Part shown: positions 33,693 to 47,200 of the stretch, one piece after another
Position numbering within the stretch: position 1 is the stretch's first letter
Layout of the letters: each line of letters begins with the position of its first letter
Source of the DNA: Gemmatimonadaceae bacterium
Lineage (GTDB): Bacteria; Gemmatimonadota; Gemmatimonadetes; Gemmatimonadales; Gemmatimonadaceae
Assembly: GCA_040901985.1 (NCBI GenBank)
Contig: JBBDYC010000006.1
Span: 58,379-122,378 of the forward strand
Reading direction: 5' to 3'
DNA length: 64,000 nt
The notes under the pieces: model-generated
What the model saw: the letters and a program-made list of their open reading frames with translations, nothing else
What the model was told of the DNA's origin: nothing
Databases searched by the model: none
Translations under genes and position numbers: made by a program

Positions 33693-34993
33693 CGGTCAAT
33701 CTCCCCCATCACGATGTCAATCGAGGCGTTGATCGCGATCACGTCGGAGAGGAGGTGGCCCTCCACCATCTTCGGGATCGCCGAGAGGTTCAGATAACTC
33801 GGCGGCCGGATGCGCCAGCGCACCGGCTTGGCCGTGCCGTCGGAGACGAAGTAGTAGCCTTTCTCCCCCTTCGGGCTCTCGACCGGCACGTAGACCTCGC
33901 CAATCGGCGGGCGCGGACCCTCCATCACGAGCTTGAAGTGGTGGATCATCGACTCCATCTCGCTGGTCGCCTTGGTCTTCGACGGGAGGATCACCCGCGG
34001 GTCATCCACATTCACCGGCCCGTCGGGGAGGCGCTGCAGCGCCTGCTCGAGGATCCGCACCGACTGGCGCAACTCCTCCTGGCGGACGAGGAAGCGGTCA
34101 TAGACGTCGCCGTTGGTGCCGACCGGCACGTCGAAGTCGTAGGTCTCGTAGTCGAGGTACGGAAAATCCTTGCGCACGTCGTAGGCGACGCCGGAGGCGC
34201 GGAGCATCGGGCCGGAGAGACCGTAGTTGAGCGCCTCCTCGGGGCTCATCACGCCGAGGCCGACCGTGCGGCCGACCCAGATTGCGTTCTTGTTGAGCAT
34301 CCGCTCGACCTGGTCGAGCGTCTTCGGGAACGTCTCGAGGAAGTGCCGGAGCTGGTCGGTCCATCCGTCAGGGACGTCGGCAATCATCCCGCCGACCCGA
34401 GTCCCGCTCGTCGTGAGCCGCGCGCCCGTCCACCGCTCGAGCAGTTGGTAGACGTTCTCCCGCTCCTGGAAGCTCCAGAGAAACGGCGTAAAAGCGCCGA
34501 TGTCAATGCAGGTCGTGCCGAGCCAGACGAGGTGCGAGATGATCCGCGAGAGCTCCATCGCGATCACCCGGAGGACGGTACACCGCGGCGTGCTCTCGAC
34601 GCCGAAGAGCCGCTCGGCGCCGAGCACGAACGCGACGTTGTTCCCCATCGAATTCAGATAGTCCTCGCGGTCGGTCCACGGGATGATCTGGTTGTACTGC
34701 CGGTATTCGCCGATCTTCTCGAACCCGCAGTGCAGGTAGCCGATGTGGGGGATGCACCGCACGACCGTCTCACCGTCGAGTTCGAGCACGAGCCGCAGGA
34801 CGCCGTGGGTCGCCGGATGCTGCGGCCCGATGTTGATGAGCATATGCTCGCCTTCGAACTCGGGCTCCAGCGGGGCGTGCGGCTGGACGAGTCCCTCGGC
34901 GCCGAGCGGGACACGGATCGGCCGTCCATCGGCGCCGAGGCCGGTGGTGGAGAGCGCGACCTCGAGGGTCCGCTTGTCGGTCAGCGTGGCCAT
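33689..34993 (-). CDS. nuoD: NADH-quinone oxidoreductase subunit D
   Basis: GPQHPATHGVLR, ELSRIISH, ESPKGE, DIVMGEIDR. Confidence 0.97.
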   Translation of the reverse strand: MATLTDKRTLEVALSTTGLGADGRPIRVPLGAEGLVQPHAPLEPEFEGEHMLINIGPQHPATHGVLRLVLELDGETVVRCIPHIGYLHCGFEKIGEYRQYNQIIPWTDREDYLNSMGNNVAFVLGAERLFGVESTPRCTVLRVIAMELSRIISHLVWLGTTCIDIGAFTPFLWSFQERENVYQLLERWTGARLTTSGTRVGGMIADVPDGWTDQLRHFLETFPKTLDQVERMLNKNAIWVGRTVGLGVMSPEEALNYGLSGPMLRASGVAYDVRKDFPYLDYETYDFDVPVGTNGDVYDRFLVRQEELRQSVRILEQALQRLPDGPVNVDDPRVILPSKTKATSEMESMIHHFKLVMEGPRPPIGEVYVPVESPKGEKGYYFVSDGTAKPVRWRIRPPSYLNLSAIPKMVEGHLLSDVIAINASIDIVMGEIDR

Positions 34994-34999
34994 CGGCGG

Positions 35000-35719
35000 C
35001 TACTCTCCCGTCCGCTCGCCGCCGGCCAACCGCTTGCGCATGTCGAGCGGAAGGTCCTCGAACGCGTCGGAGATCGAGAGTTCTTCCTTCGAGTAGCGCG
35101 CCTCGGGGTTGGCGGCGAGCGCCTGTTTCAGCTGCTCGGAGCGCGAGAACCGCCCGCGCATTGGAAAGTCCTTGCGCAGCGGGAAGCCCTCCTTGTACTG
35201 CTCCCACATCAGGATGCGGCGCAGGTCCGGATGTCCGGCGAAGGTGATGCCGAACATGTCATAGCACTCGCGTTCGAGCCAATCGGCGCCCTTCCAGACC
35301 GGCCAGACGCTCGGCACCTCAAGTGGTGTTGCGCCATCCTTCGGAATCTCGGCCTTGAGGCGCAGGAAGCGACGGAACCTGAGCGACCGGAGGTGCCAGA
35401 CAACCTCAATCGGACGCGTGATGTCGCGGTACTCGACCGCGGTGACATCGCTCAGGTACTCGTACGACTCGGTGGGCGTGGCCTGCAACCAGGCGCAGAT
35501 CTCGGCGACCTTTGTGCGCTCCACATAGACCGTCGTCTCACCCCAGACGACCTCGGCGCGTCCGATCGCCGCGCCAAACTGCGCGTGCAACGTGTCCACC
35601 GTCGGGTTCATCGGGCCGCCGCGGTGCGCGACGTTCCGGGGCGTGGCCGGCGCGTCACCCGGCTGCCCCGGATGGACGATCGCAAACGTCGGAGTGCCGT
35701 GCGAGACTTTTTCCTTCAC
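35000..35719 (-). CDS. nuoC: NADH-quinone oxidoreductase subunit C
   Basis: [31 protein letters not shown]. Confidence 0.95.
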   Translation of the reverse strand: MKEKVSHGTPTFAIVHPGQPGDAPATPRNVAHRGGPMNPTVDTLHAQFGAAIGRAEVVWGETTVYVERTKVAEICAWLQATPTESYEYLSDVTAVEYRDITRPIEVVWHLRSLRFRRFLRLKAEIPKDGATPLEVPSVWPVWKGADWLERECYDMFGITFAGHPDLRRILMWEQYKEGFPLRKDFPMRGRFSRSEQLKQALAANPEARYSKEELSISDAFEDLPLDMRKRLAGGERTGE

Positions 35720-36351
35720 GGCGCCGACCGCGTCTGATGAACCGAGTTGCCGAACGGCTCCGAGAGCTCGTCAATGCGGGACGGCGGGATGTAGAGCTGG
35801 GACGTCGGGTCGGGCATCAGCTCATCGCGGAGCGCCACGTCCGACATCCGCTCCTCCTTGATTTTCTGCTGGAGCATCATGATGCCGTAGATGAGCCCCT
35901 CCGGGCGCGGCGGACAGCCGGGCACGTAGACATCCACCGGGATGATCGTGTCAATGCCCTGCACCACGGCGTAGGAATCGAACATCCCGCCGGTTGATGC
36001 GCAGGCGCCCATCGAGATCACCCACTTCGGCTGATGCATCTGTTGATAGATGCGCCGGATGACGGGGGCGAGCTTGAACGGGACACGGCCGGCGCAGATC
36101 AGGACATCGGCCTGCCGCGGCGAGAAGGACATCCGTTCCATGCCGAAACGCGCGAGGTCGTAGTGGGAGGCCGCCGACGCCATGAACTCGATTGCGCAGC
36201 AGGCGGTGCCGAATGGCATCGGCCAGAGGGAGTTGGCGCGGCCCCAGTTGACCAGGAAGTCGAGGCGCGTCGCGACCCATCCTTCCTGGGCCCGCGGGTC
36301 ATACGAGACTTCCCTGGGGCTGTCCGCGTCGGGGCGCGCGATCAATCCCAT
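35716..36351 (-). CDS. nuoB: NADH-quinone oxidoreductase subunit B
   Basis: [27 protein letters not shown]; start MGLIA at 36351. Confidence 0.96.
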   Translation of the reverse strand: MGLIARPDADSPREVSYDPRAQEGWVATRLDFLVNWGRANSLWPMPFGTACCAIEFMASAASHYDLARFGMERMSFSPRQADVLICAGRVPFKLAPVIRRIYQQMHQPKWVISMGACASTGGMFDSYAVVQGIDTIIPVDVYVPGCPPRPEGLIYGIMMLQQKIKEERMSDVALRDELMPDPTSQLYIPPSRIDELSEPFGNSVHQTRSAP

Positions 36352-36746
36352 TGGAATGCCCCCTTCTTCCAGATGTAGATGTAACCGGCGAGCAGGATCC
36401 CGATGAAGACGAGCATCTCGCCGAGGCCGAAGAACGTGTGGTACCCGGCCGGGCACATCCCGCCGATGAGGGGTTCCGTGCAGGAGAGCTGCCGATAGTA
36501 GGCGGCCCACGGGATCATGAAGACGGCCTCGATGTCGAACACGATGAAGAGCATCGCGACCATATAGAACTTGACGGAGAAGCGCTCACGCGCATCACCA
36601 ATGACCGGGATGCCGGACTCGTAGGCCTCCTGCTTGACCGGCGTCGGGCGCGCGCGGGTGATGAAGTGCGACAGGGCCACGATCATCACCGCGTTGACGG
36701 CGACGAATCCAAGAAGGAGAAGTACGGGGAGGTACGTCCGTTCCAT
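36342..36746 (-). CDS. nuoA: NADH-quinone oxidoreductase subunit A
   Basis: [30 protein letters not shown]; start MERTY at 36746. Confidence 0.95.
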   Translation of the reverse strand: MERTYLPVLLLLGFVAVNAVMIVALSHFITRARPTPVKQEAYESGIPVIGDARERFSVKFYMVAMLFIVFDIEAVFMIPWAAYYRQLSCTEPLIGGMCPAGYHTFFGLGEMLVFIGILLAGYIYIWKKGAFQWD

Positions 36747-36772
36747 GCGGTCGGAAGGGCCGGTGGAGGGGT

Positions 36773-36790
36773 TCGTGAAATATTTCACGA
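36773..36790. promoter_or_regulatory. Perfect 18-bp palindrome TCGTGAAATATTTCACGA, Rex-operator-like
   Basis: Read directly; matches the Rex consensus TTGTGAA-N4-TTCACAA with one symmetric change per arm; 26 nt upstream of nuoA. Confidence 0.72.
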
Positions 36791-36810
36791 GCGTCGCGCG
36801 TGCGGGTGGG

Positions 36811-36839
36811 AAAGTAGTGGCCGTGCAAAGGCGAGGCAA
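36811..36839 (-). promoter_or_regulatory. sigma70-type promoter of the nuo operon
   Basis: Minus strand TTGCCT (36839-36834), 17-nt spacer, TACTTT (36816-36811). Confidence 0.6.
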
Positions 36840-36893
36840 CGGCAACGCCCGGACGTGTAGATTATCCGCTTCCCCTCCCACCCCTGCGAACTG

Positions 36894-37448
36894 ATGTCCA
36901 TCAAGAACGACCGCTGGATCACCGAGATGGCCACCCAGCACGGGATGATCGACCCGTTCGAGAGCTCGCAACAGCGCGACGGGGTCGTCTCCTACGGCGT
37001 CTCGGCGTACGGCTACGACATGCGCGTGGCGCCGGAATACCGGATCTTCACCAACGTGCTCAGCTCAATCGTGGACCCCAAGCACTTCGATCCAAGGTCG
37101 CTCGTCGAGCACGAGGGGGACGTCTGCATCGTGCCGCCGAACTCCTTTGCCCTCGCGCGGTCGGTCGAGTACTTCCGCATTCCGCGGAACGTGATGACGC
37201 TGACCGTCGGCAAGTCCACGTATGCCCGCTGCGGGATCATCACGAACGTCACGCCCTTTGAGCCCGAATGGGAGGGGTACGTGACGCTCGAGATCTCGAA
37301 CACCACACCGCTCCCGGCCAAGATCTACTCCAATGAAGGCATCGCCCAGGTGCTGTTCTTCGAGGGCGACGAGGAGCCGCTGGTGAGCTACAAGGACAAG
37401 AAAGGGAAGTATCAGGGCCAGGTCGGGGTGACGCTGCCGCGGATATGA
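36894..37448 (+). CDS. dcd: dCTP deaminase
   Basis: [37 protein letters not shown]. Confidence 0.96.
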   Translation: MSIKNDRWITEMATQHGMIDPFESSQQRDGVVSYGVSAYGYDMRVAPEYRIFTNVLSSIVDPKHFDPRSLVEHEGDVCIVPPNSFALARSVEYFRIPRNVMTLTVGKSTYARCGIITNVTPFEPEWEGYVTLEISNTTPLPAKIYSNEGIAQVLFFEGDEEPLVSYKDKKGKYQGQVGVTLPRI

Positions 37449-39502
37449 CCCGCCCGATCCGGTGCCCGAGTCGTGCGCGCGGCCAGCTGCCGTTGGTGGC
37501 GCTCCTCGCCCTGGGTGTCGGCTGCACCGAGAAAGTTTCTCCGAACCGCGTCGCGTCCGTTGCCGTCAGTGCACCGGAGGCGACGCCTCTCTTGGTCGGT
37601 CCGGGGGGCGGTCAGACGCGGCAATACAGCGCCGCGGCGCTGAATGCGAGTGGCGAGCCGGTCACCACGGCGACGATCACCTGGAGCGTCACGGCGCCGT
37701 CGGTCATCTCGGTGTCGAGCGCCGGTCTCGTGACGGCGCTCGCCGTCGGCACGGGTTACGTGCGAGCCGCGGTGCCGAACAAGGCCGACAGTGCCCTTGT
37801 CACGGTGCAGGACGTCCCGGTGGCCAGTGTGACCATTTCGCCTGACGCGGTGGAGCTCGAGACCGGTCCACTCGGCAACGGCAATCAGCAACTCACCGTC
37901 GTGTTGCACGACTCGACCGGACTCGTGCTCGTTGGGCGCTCGATGACGTTTTCCTCTACCGCGCCAGCCGTTGCTTCCGTCACCAGCGGCGGCCTTGTGA
38001 CCGGACTGGGCGCGGGCGCGGCGTACATCAAGGTTGCGGTCGCGGGGCGCAGCGATTCCGTCGTGGCCACCGTCACCGAGGTCGAGACGCTCCCGGAGGG
38101 GATTGACGCGGCGATCACCGGCGCCCACTGGACGCAAGGCGCACAGAACTGGGATGGCACGATCCCGATGGTCCGTGAGGGGCGGGCGGCGGTGGTACTC
38201 GTGACCACCACCACGACCGCCGGCATCAACGTTCCCAGCCAGTTCGTCCTGCGGCTCTTCACGGACGCGGGAGCGCTGACGTACACCGACACGGTGAGCG
38301 CGATGATCCCGCTCGCTGCAACGACGTTCGCGACGCCGACGGTCCAGTTCCTGGTGCCGTCGGCGCAACTGCAGCCGGGGCTGCGCTGGGAGGTGGAGCG
38401 CGACCCGCTCGGCGTCCTCGCCGACGCCGACGCGTCGAGCGACGTGTTCCCGCGCGATGGCCACGCCGCGCTCGCCCTGATCACGCCACCCCTGCTCCGG
38501 CTGCGGTTCATTCCGGTCTCCCTCACGGCGCACGGCGGCGTGACAGGAAATGTGTCGGCGGCGAATCTCGAGAGCTACCTCCAGCTCATCCGGGCGTTCA
38601 TACCACACGGCCAGATCGAAGCCACCGTGGGCAGCCAGTTCCCGACCTCGGCGTTTTACGGGACGGCGCCATCGGGTGCCGGGCCCACCTTCTGGACTAC
38701 GCTTCTTTCGCAGCTCGACGCCTCGCGCGTCGCCGATCCGGTGAACGCCGATGCGCACTGGATCGGCATCGTGGCGCCGCCGGCCGGCTTTACGTTCGCC
38801 CAGAACGGTGGGTGGGGGTACATCCCGAGCAACGGCGCCTCGTACGGCCCGCTGACGCGGACGTTTGCCCTGATCAATCTCGGGTGGTTCAGCGACGCCA
38901 GCTGGACGAACCAGCTGGTGGCGCACGAACTCGGCCATAACCTGGGGCGCCTGCACTCGTGGTGCGGTAACCCCAGCGGTCCCGATCCCGGCTACCCGAT
39001 TGACGGAGGCGTCATCGGTCCGGGGGCGCACAACACGCATCTCTGGGAGACCGGCCTCGCCACCTCGGCCCAACCGATCCCGGCCACCACCGGCGATATG
39101 ATGGGCTACTGTTCGCCGTCGTGGCCGAGTCCCTACACCTACGAAGGGATGCTGACGTTCCGGGGGTCGGTCGGCGTGGCGCTCCGCGAGCCAGAGGAGC
39201 GTCGCCACGTTCTCCTCGTGCGCGGCCACGTCGAAAACGGGCGCGCCACGTTCGACCCGCCGATGACACTGACCGCGATCCCCTCACCCGACAATCCGTC
39301 GGGCGCGTGGACGCTCGAGGGCCGCGATGCCAACGGCCTCGTGCTGTTCAGCCAGCGCTTCGTGCTCGGGCGCTACGACCACTCCGAGTCGCTCCGTCCG
39401 TTTGCCGTTGCCGTTCCGGTAAATGCCGCCACCGCGGCCGCGGTTGCCACGTTGGACGTGCGCGGCCCCGGGACGGCCGCCGAGCTTCGGCTTTCGCCCT
39501 AG
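37445..39502 (+). CDS. Lipoprotein with two Ig-like (Big_2-type) domains and a metzincin-type metallopeptidase domain
   Basis: Lipobox LGVGC; repeated VASV.V/IS...[11 protein letters not shown] units; [12 protein letters not shown] (HExxHxxGxxH) and Met-turn DMMGYC. Confidence 0.75.
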   Translation: MTRPIRCPSRARGQLPLVALLALGVGCTEKVSPNRVASVAVSAPEATPLLVGPGGGQTRQYSAAALNASGEPVTTATITWSVTAPSVISVSSAGLVTALAVGTGYVRAAVPNKADSALVTVQDVPVASVTISPDAVELETGPLGNGNQQLTVVLHDSTGLVLVGRSMTFSSTAPAVASVTSGGLVTGLGAGAAYIKVAVAGRSDSVVATVTEVETLPEGIDAAITGAHWTQGAQNWDGTIPMVREGRAAVVLVTTTTTAGINVPSQFVLRLFTDAGALTYTDTVSAMIPLAATTFATPTVQFLVPSAQLQPGLRWEVERDPLGVLADADASSDVFPRDGHAALALITPPLLRLRFIPVSLTAHGGVTGNVSAANLESYLQLIRAFIPHGQIEATVGSQFPTSAFYGTAPSGAGPTFWTTLLSQLDASRVADPVNADAHWIGIVAPPAGFTFAQNGGWGYIPSNGASYGPLTRTFALINLGWFSDASWTNQLVAHELGHNLGRLHSWCGNPSGPDPGYPIDGGVIGPGAHNTHLWETGLATSAQPIPATTGDMMGYCSPSWPSPYTYEGMLTFRGSVGVALREPEERRHVLLVRGHVENGRATFDPPMTLTAIPSPDNPSGAWTLEGRDANGLVLFSQRFVLGRYDHSESLRPFAVAVPVNAATAAAVATLDVRGPGTAAELRLSP

Positions 39503-39535
39503 GCGCCGGACCTCGGCGCGTCGGTCAGGCGTCTC

Positions 39536-41884
<2,349 letters not shown>

Positions 41885-41953
41885 GGGGCGGTCCAGGGAA
41901 GGGTTCTTGAGGTCCGCCCATTCTATCCCGCCCCCACCCTTGTCGCCCACCCC

Positions 41954-41987
41954 TTGCAACTTTCGGTGTTTGTTCGGTTATTTAGGT
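41954..41987 (+). promoter_or_regulatory. AT-rich promoter/operator upstream of imuA with direct repeat TTCGGT-N5-TTCGGT
   Basis: TTGCAA at 41954-41959; TTCGGT at 41962-41967 and 41973-41978; also reads TTTC-N7-GTTC. Confidence 0.45.
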
Positions 41988-42716
41988 ATGTCTCTCGCGG
42001 CCGAAGAACTCCGGGCCCAGATCGCCACGGTCGTCGCCGGCGGAGCGCCCAGCCAGACCCCTGCGCTCCCCACCGGACTCCCGCAGCTCGACGCCCTTCT
42101 TCCGGGACGCGGGATCCCTCCCGGGCGCCTGACCGAACTCCTCGCCCCCGCCGGGCTCGGCAAGACGAGCATCGCCCGGGCGATCGTCGCCACCACGCTC
42201 GCCGCCGGCCACGGCGTGGCCTGGGTGGACGCCACCCGCACCCTCGACCCGCGCGACTGGGCCGAGCTCGCCGGCGATGGGCTCTGGGTCGTCCGCCCTC
42301 CCGAGGCGACCCGCGGCGCCTGGTGCGCCGACCTCCTGCTGCGCACCGGCGCCTTTGCCCTCGTCGTGCTCGATGGCGCGCCGGTGCTCTCCCGCACCCT
42401 CGGCGTGCGGTTCGCCCACCTCGCCCGCGAGACCGACAGCGCCCTCCTCCTCCTCGGCGATGGCACCCGGGCCTCGGACCACGGCGGCGTGCTGCGACTG
42501 CGCGTGGGCCGGGATCGCGCGGTCACGCTCGAGAAAGGCGGTCCGTACCACCACGTTCGCCTGGATATCCCTTATGCCGCCAGCATCGCGCGTCGCCTGT
42601 GTACGCATCCCGAGGTTCCCGATCGGCGCGGTGTGGCGCGACGACCCACGCGGCTCAGCCGCGAGCTTCGGAGCCGGCGTTGCGCTCAGCCCGACTATCC
42701 CGTTGCTGCCGTCTGA
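41988..42716 (+). CDS. imuA: ImuA (RecA-like) mutasome protein
   Basis: LPTGLPQLDALLPGRGIPPGRLTEL, GLGKTS, AWVD, ADLLLRTGAFALVVLD; first gene before imuB-dnaE2. Confidence 0.85.
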   Translation: MSLAAEELRAQIATVVAGGAPSQTPALPTGLPQLDALLPGRGIPPGRLTELLAPAGLGKTSIARAIVATTLAAGHGVAWVDATRTLDPRDWAELAGDGLWVVRPPEATRGAWCADLLLRTGAFALVVLDGAPVLSRTLGVRFAHLARETDSALLLLGDGTRASDHGGVLRLRVGRDRAVTLEKGGPYHHVRLDIPYAASIARRLCTHPEVPDRRGVARRPTRLSRELRSRRCAQPDYPVAAV

Positions 42717-44220
42717 CCCCCTCGAGCACTGGGACCAGCGGCCGATTGCGGTCGCCGAGGGGGCGAAGCTCCGTCTCGTCACGGCGGCGGCGACCGCGCG
42801 GCGCGTCGAGGTGGGGATGACCGCTGCCGCCGCGCGCGCACACTGCGCCGAGCTCACGATCCTGCCGTGGGACGCGGAGCGGATCGGCCGCGAGGTGGCG
42901 CGGGCGAGCGCGGCCTTCCTCGTGGCGAGTCCGCAGGTCACGCCGGTGCGCGGTGCACCGGGCACCTGGTGGATCGGCGCCGGCGGACTGCACGGGTCTT
43001 CCCTTGGCGAGGGGACCTTCGCGCGGACGCTCGCAGAACTCGCGCGCGCCTGGCATCCGCGCGCACGGGTGGCGGTCGCCGACAGCTGCGTCGCCGCGCA
43101 GGCGGCCACCTGGTCCACGCGCGCGGCGGGCGGCACGCTCCATCTCCCGCCCGGCGGCGACGCCGAGTATCTCGCGCGGGTCCCGATCGCGCTCATCCCG
43201 ATGGATGGGGAGCTGCGCGAGGCGCTCCTCGCGCTGGGGCTGCGCACGGCGGGCGCCTTTGCCACGCTCGACCCGCTCGACGTGGAGCGCCGCTGGGGCG
43301 ACCTCGGGCTCGCCGCCTGGCGCCTCGCGCGCGGCATTGACGATCGCCGCGCCGCGCTCGCGCGGACCGACGACCCGCGCGCCATCGTGCACGAGCTCGC
43401 CACGAGTGCCGACTCGATGGAACCGGTGCTCTTCGTGGTGCGCGCGGCGCTCGACCGGCTGGTGCACGACCTCACCACCGACGGCCTCGCCGCCGCCGAG
43501 GTGACGATCACGCTGACGCTCGACGATGCGACGAGCGCGCTCCCGCACACGGGGACGCGCTCGCCGACCGTGGTGCGCATCGTGCGGCCGGCGCGACCGG
43601 TGGCACGCCTGGCGCCCCTCTTCGAGCGCTGCCGCGCGCTCCTCGACGATTGGCCGGAGCGGATCCATTTTTCCAACGGCGCGCCGGTGCGCGCGGTCGA
43701 GGTGCGGATCTCCGAGGCGGTCCCTTCCTCGGCCGAACAGCGCGACCTGCTCGCCACCTCGTGGCGCGACCCCGCCGCAGTGGACGCCGCGCTCGAGCGA
43801 CTGCGTGCCAAGCTCGGGCCGGGAAGCGTGGTGCGGTCGGTGCGCCGCGATTCGCACGCCCCCGAACGCGCCGGGCGATGGGATGCGGTGGAGCGACTGG
43901 CTCCGACGCGGACCGCGTCGGTGGTGTCGGAGGCGGCGGAGGCGAGAGCGCCAGCAACGCCGGCGGCGGCGCGGCTCCTCGACCGGCCCGAGGAGATTGC
44001 CGTCACCCTCGACGCGCGCGGCACGCCGCGCGCGCTCGCCTGGCGCGGGCATCGCTTCCCCCTCGCCCGCGCCGAGGGGCCGGAGCGCCTCTCCGGCGAG
44101 TGGTGGCACGCCGATCCGTTCGCGCGGGAGTACTGGCGCTGCGAGAGCGCCAATGACGGCCGCACGTTCTTGGTCTTCCGCAGCGCCGAGGGATGGCGGG
44201 TGCAGGGCTGGAATGATTGA
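42574..44220 (+). CDS. imuB: ImuB, catalytically inactive Y-family polymerase homologue
   Basis: VACVRIP N-terminus, AARRVEVGMTAAAARA, LGLRTAG, HAPE, GPERLSGEWW..REYW; acidic catalytic motifs absent; start MPPAS at 42574 inferred. Confidence 0.85.
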   Translation: MPPASRVACVRIPRFPIGAVWRDDPRGSAASFGAGVALSPTIPLLPSDPLEHWDQRPIAVAEGAKLRLVTAAATARRVEVGMTAAAARAHCAELTILPWDAERIGREVARASAAFLVASPQVTPVRGAPGTWWIGAGGLHGSSLGEGTFARTLAELARAWHPRARVAVADSCVAAQAATWSTRAAGGTLHLPPGGDAEYLARVPIALIPMDGELREALLALGLRTAGAFATLDPLDVERRWGDLGLAAWRLARGIDDRRAALARTDDPRAIVHELATSADSMEPVLFVVRAALDRLVHDLTTDGLAAAEVTITLTLDDATSALPHTGTRSPTVVRIVRPARPVARLAPLFERCRALLDDWPERIHFSNGAPVRAVEVRISEAVPSSAEQRDLLATSWRDPAAVDAALERLRAKLGPGSVVRSVRRDSHAPERAGRWDAVERLAPTRTASVVSEAAEARAPATPAAARLLDRPEEIAVTLDARGTPRALAWRGHRFPLARAEGPERLSGEWWHADPFAREYWRCESANDGRTFLVFRSAEGWRVQGWND

Positions 44221-47200
44221 CCGGCCGCGGCCGGCGTTCGCCGAGCTGCACTGCCACTCGACCTTCTCGCTGCTCGACGGCGCGTCGGACCCCGAGCCCC
44301 TCGTCGAGCGCGCACTGGAACTGGGCCTCGCCGCACTGGCGCTCACCGACCACGACGATGTCGGCGGGGTAGTGCGCTTCGGCACCGCGGCGGCCGCCGC
44401 CGGACTCCCGGGGATCCTCGGCGCCGAGCTCACGGTCGAGGTTTCTTTGCCGGGCAAGCGCGCCGGCCTTCCGCCGCGACTGACCCATCTCGTCTGCCTC
44501 GCCGAGTCGCGCGAGGGGTGGGGGAACATCACGACCCTGATCACCCGCGCGCGCGAGGAGCACGCGCGCGGCTCGCCGCGGGTGGGGCTCGAGCTGCTCG
44601 CGGCGCACGCCGACGGGATCTTCGCGTTGAGCGGCTGTCCGCGCGGCTGGGTGCCGCAACTCCTCGCCGCCGGCGTCCCCGCCGCCGCCCGTCGCGCGGC
44701 GGGCACGCTCGCCGAGATCTTCCGCGGACGTTTCGCGCTCGAGTGCTGGGACCATTCGCTCCCCGAGGAGCGCGCCCTGACGCGGGCGCTCGTTCCGCTC
44801 GCGCGCGCCCTCGACCTGCCCTGGGTGGTCACCAACGACGTGCACTACGCGCGCCGCCGCGACCGCGCGGCGCACGACGTCCTCTCGGCGCTCCGCCACG
44901 GCGCCACCCTCGACGAGATGGGGACGCGCCTCCGCCCCAACGGCGAGTGGCACCTCAAGGGGTACGCGCAACTCGCCGAGCGGTGGCGCGGGATGGAGGA
45001 GGGACTCACGGCGACGCTGCCGATCGCCGAGCGCTGCGCCTTCCGGCTCGCCGCGCTCAAGCCGGCCTTCCCGCTCTATCCCGGATTGCCAGCCGGCGTC
45101 ACCGCCGACGAGTACCTCGCCACGCTGGTCGAGCGCGGCGCGCAGGAGCGCTGGGGATGGAAGCGCACCGCGCGCCACGACCGGCAGATCGAGCGTGAGC
45201 TCACGCTGATCGCCAGGCTCGGGCTGGCCGGCTACTTCCTGATCGTCTGGGACATCGCGCGCTTTGCGCGCCGCGAGGGGATCCTCTGCCAGGGGCGCGG
45301 CTCGGCGGCCAACAGCGCCATCTGCTACTGCCTCGACATCACCGCGGTGGACCCGATCGCGCACAACCTCCTCTTCGAGCGCTTCCTGAGCGAGGAGCGG
45401 CAGGAGTATCCCGACATTGACATTGACTTTGCGCACCGCGAACGGGAACGCGTCCTGCAGTACGTGTACGAGCGCTACGGCCGCGACCACGCAGCGATGG
45501 TCTGCGAGCACATCACCTGGCGCAACCGGAGCGCCATCCGCGACGCCGCGCGCACGCTCGGCTTCTCCCCCGACCAGGCCGACGCACTCGTCCGCTCGCT
45601 CGAGCGGCGCGACCCGGGGCGGCGCAAGGCGCCCGAGGGGCCGATCCCGATGGCCGCCTCGGGCTTCGACGGCCGCGATCCGCGCGTGCAGAAGCTCGCC
45701 GGGATCATCGAGGGCCTGCGCGGCGCGCCGCGGCACCGCGGCATCCACGTCGGCGGCTTCGTCCTCACCGCCGAGCCGCTGCACACCGTGGTGGCGATCG
45801 AGCCGGCGAGCATGGAGGACCGGACCGTCATCCAGTGGGAGAAGGACGACCTCGACGGCGCCGGGCTGATCAAGATTGACCTGCTCGGCCTCGGGATGCT
45901 CACCGTGTTGCAGGACTGCCTTGCCTACCTCCGCACCACGCGCGGCAAGCGGATAGACCTCGGCCAGTTGGAGCAGGATCCCGCCGTCTACGACGACCTC
46001 TGCCGCGCCGACAGCGTCGGCGTGTTCCAGGTGGAGAGCCGCGCGCAGATGAACACCCTGCCCCGCCTCAAGCCGCGGAACTTCTACGACCTCGTCGTGC
46101 AGGTCTCGCTGATCCGTCCCGGTCCCATCCAGGGCGATATGGTGAACCCGTACCTGCGACGGCGCGCCGGGCTCGAGCCGGTGACCTACCTCCATCCCTC
46201 GCTCGAGTCCGTGCTCAAGCGCACACTCGGCGTGCCGCTCTTCCAGGAGCAGGGGATGCAGGTGGCCGTCGCCGCGGCGCGCTTCACGCCCGGCGAGGCC
46301 GACACCCTCCGCAAGGCGATGGGCTACAAGCGCACGCGCCGCAAGATGGCCGAGATCGGCCAGAGGATGCTCGACGGAATGAAGGCCAACGGCATCGCCG
46401 ACGATGTCGCCCAGCGGATCTTCCATCAGATCGAGGGCTTTGCCGACTACGGGTTCCCGGAGAGCCACGCGGCGAGCTTCGCGCTGATCGTCTACGCGAG
46501 CGCCTACCTGCGGCACCACTACGCGCCGGAGTTCCTTTGTGCGATGCTCAACGCGCAGCCGATGGGGTTCTACGCGCCGGGCACGTTGATCGAGGACGCG
46601 CGACGGCACGGCGTGCGCGTGGCGCCGGTGAATGTGCGGCGCAGCTCGTGGGACCACACGCTGGAGCCGAGCCCCAGGCCGGGCGCGCCGCCGATCGTGC
46701 GGCTCGGGCTGCGCGCGGTGATTGGGCTCGGCGGCCACTCGCGCGAGAGGATTGAGCGCGCGTGCGGGCTGCGCGTGCCCGAGCACGGCGGCAAGGCGCC
46801 GCGTCCCTTCACCTCGATCGCCGACTTCGTGCACCGCACCGGACTCGACCGCCGCGCGCTGCGCGCGCTCGCCGGGGCGGGGGCGTTCGACGTCTTCGTG
46901 CAGGACGAGCCGCCGGCGCGGCGGCGGCGCGCCGCGCTCTGGGGCGTGCTCGTGGCGGAGCGCGAGTCGAGCGCCACGTTGACGCTCCCGCTCTTCCCCG
47001 AGTCGAAGGTGCCCGAGTCCCTCCCCGCCTTTGCACCGGTGGAGCTCACCGAGGCAGACTACCGGCTGACCGGCCTCTCCCTCAACGGGCATCCGCTGAA
47101 GCATCTGCGGCCGCTGCTCGACCCCAACGGCGTCTCGACCGCGCGCGGCCTGCGCCGGCACCGCGACGGCGAGCGGGTGGCACACGCGGGGCTCGTCATC

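Noticed and set aside
39502..39535. Imperfect hairpin between the convergent peptidase genes
   Set aside because: Mismatched stem and no U-tract; too weak to call a terminator in GC-rich DNA.
43526..44212. N-terminal extension of dnaE2 in the ORF track
   Set aside because: Off-frame overlap with imuB; the PHP domain begins just after ATG 44213.
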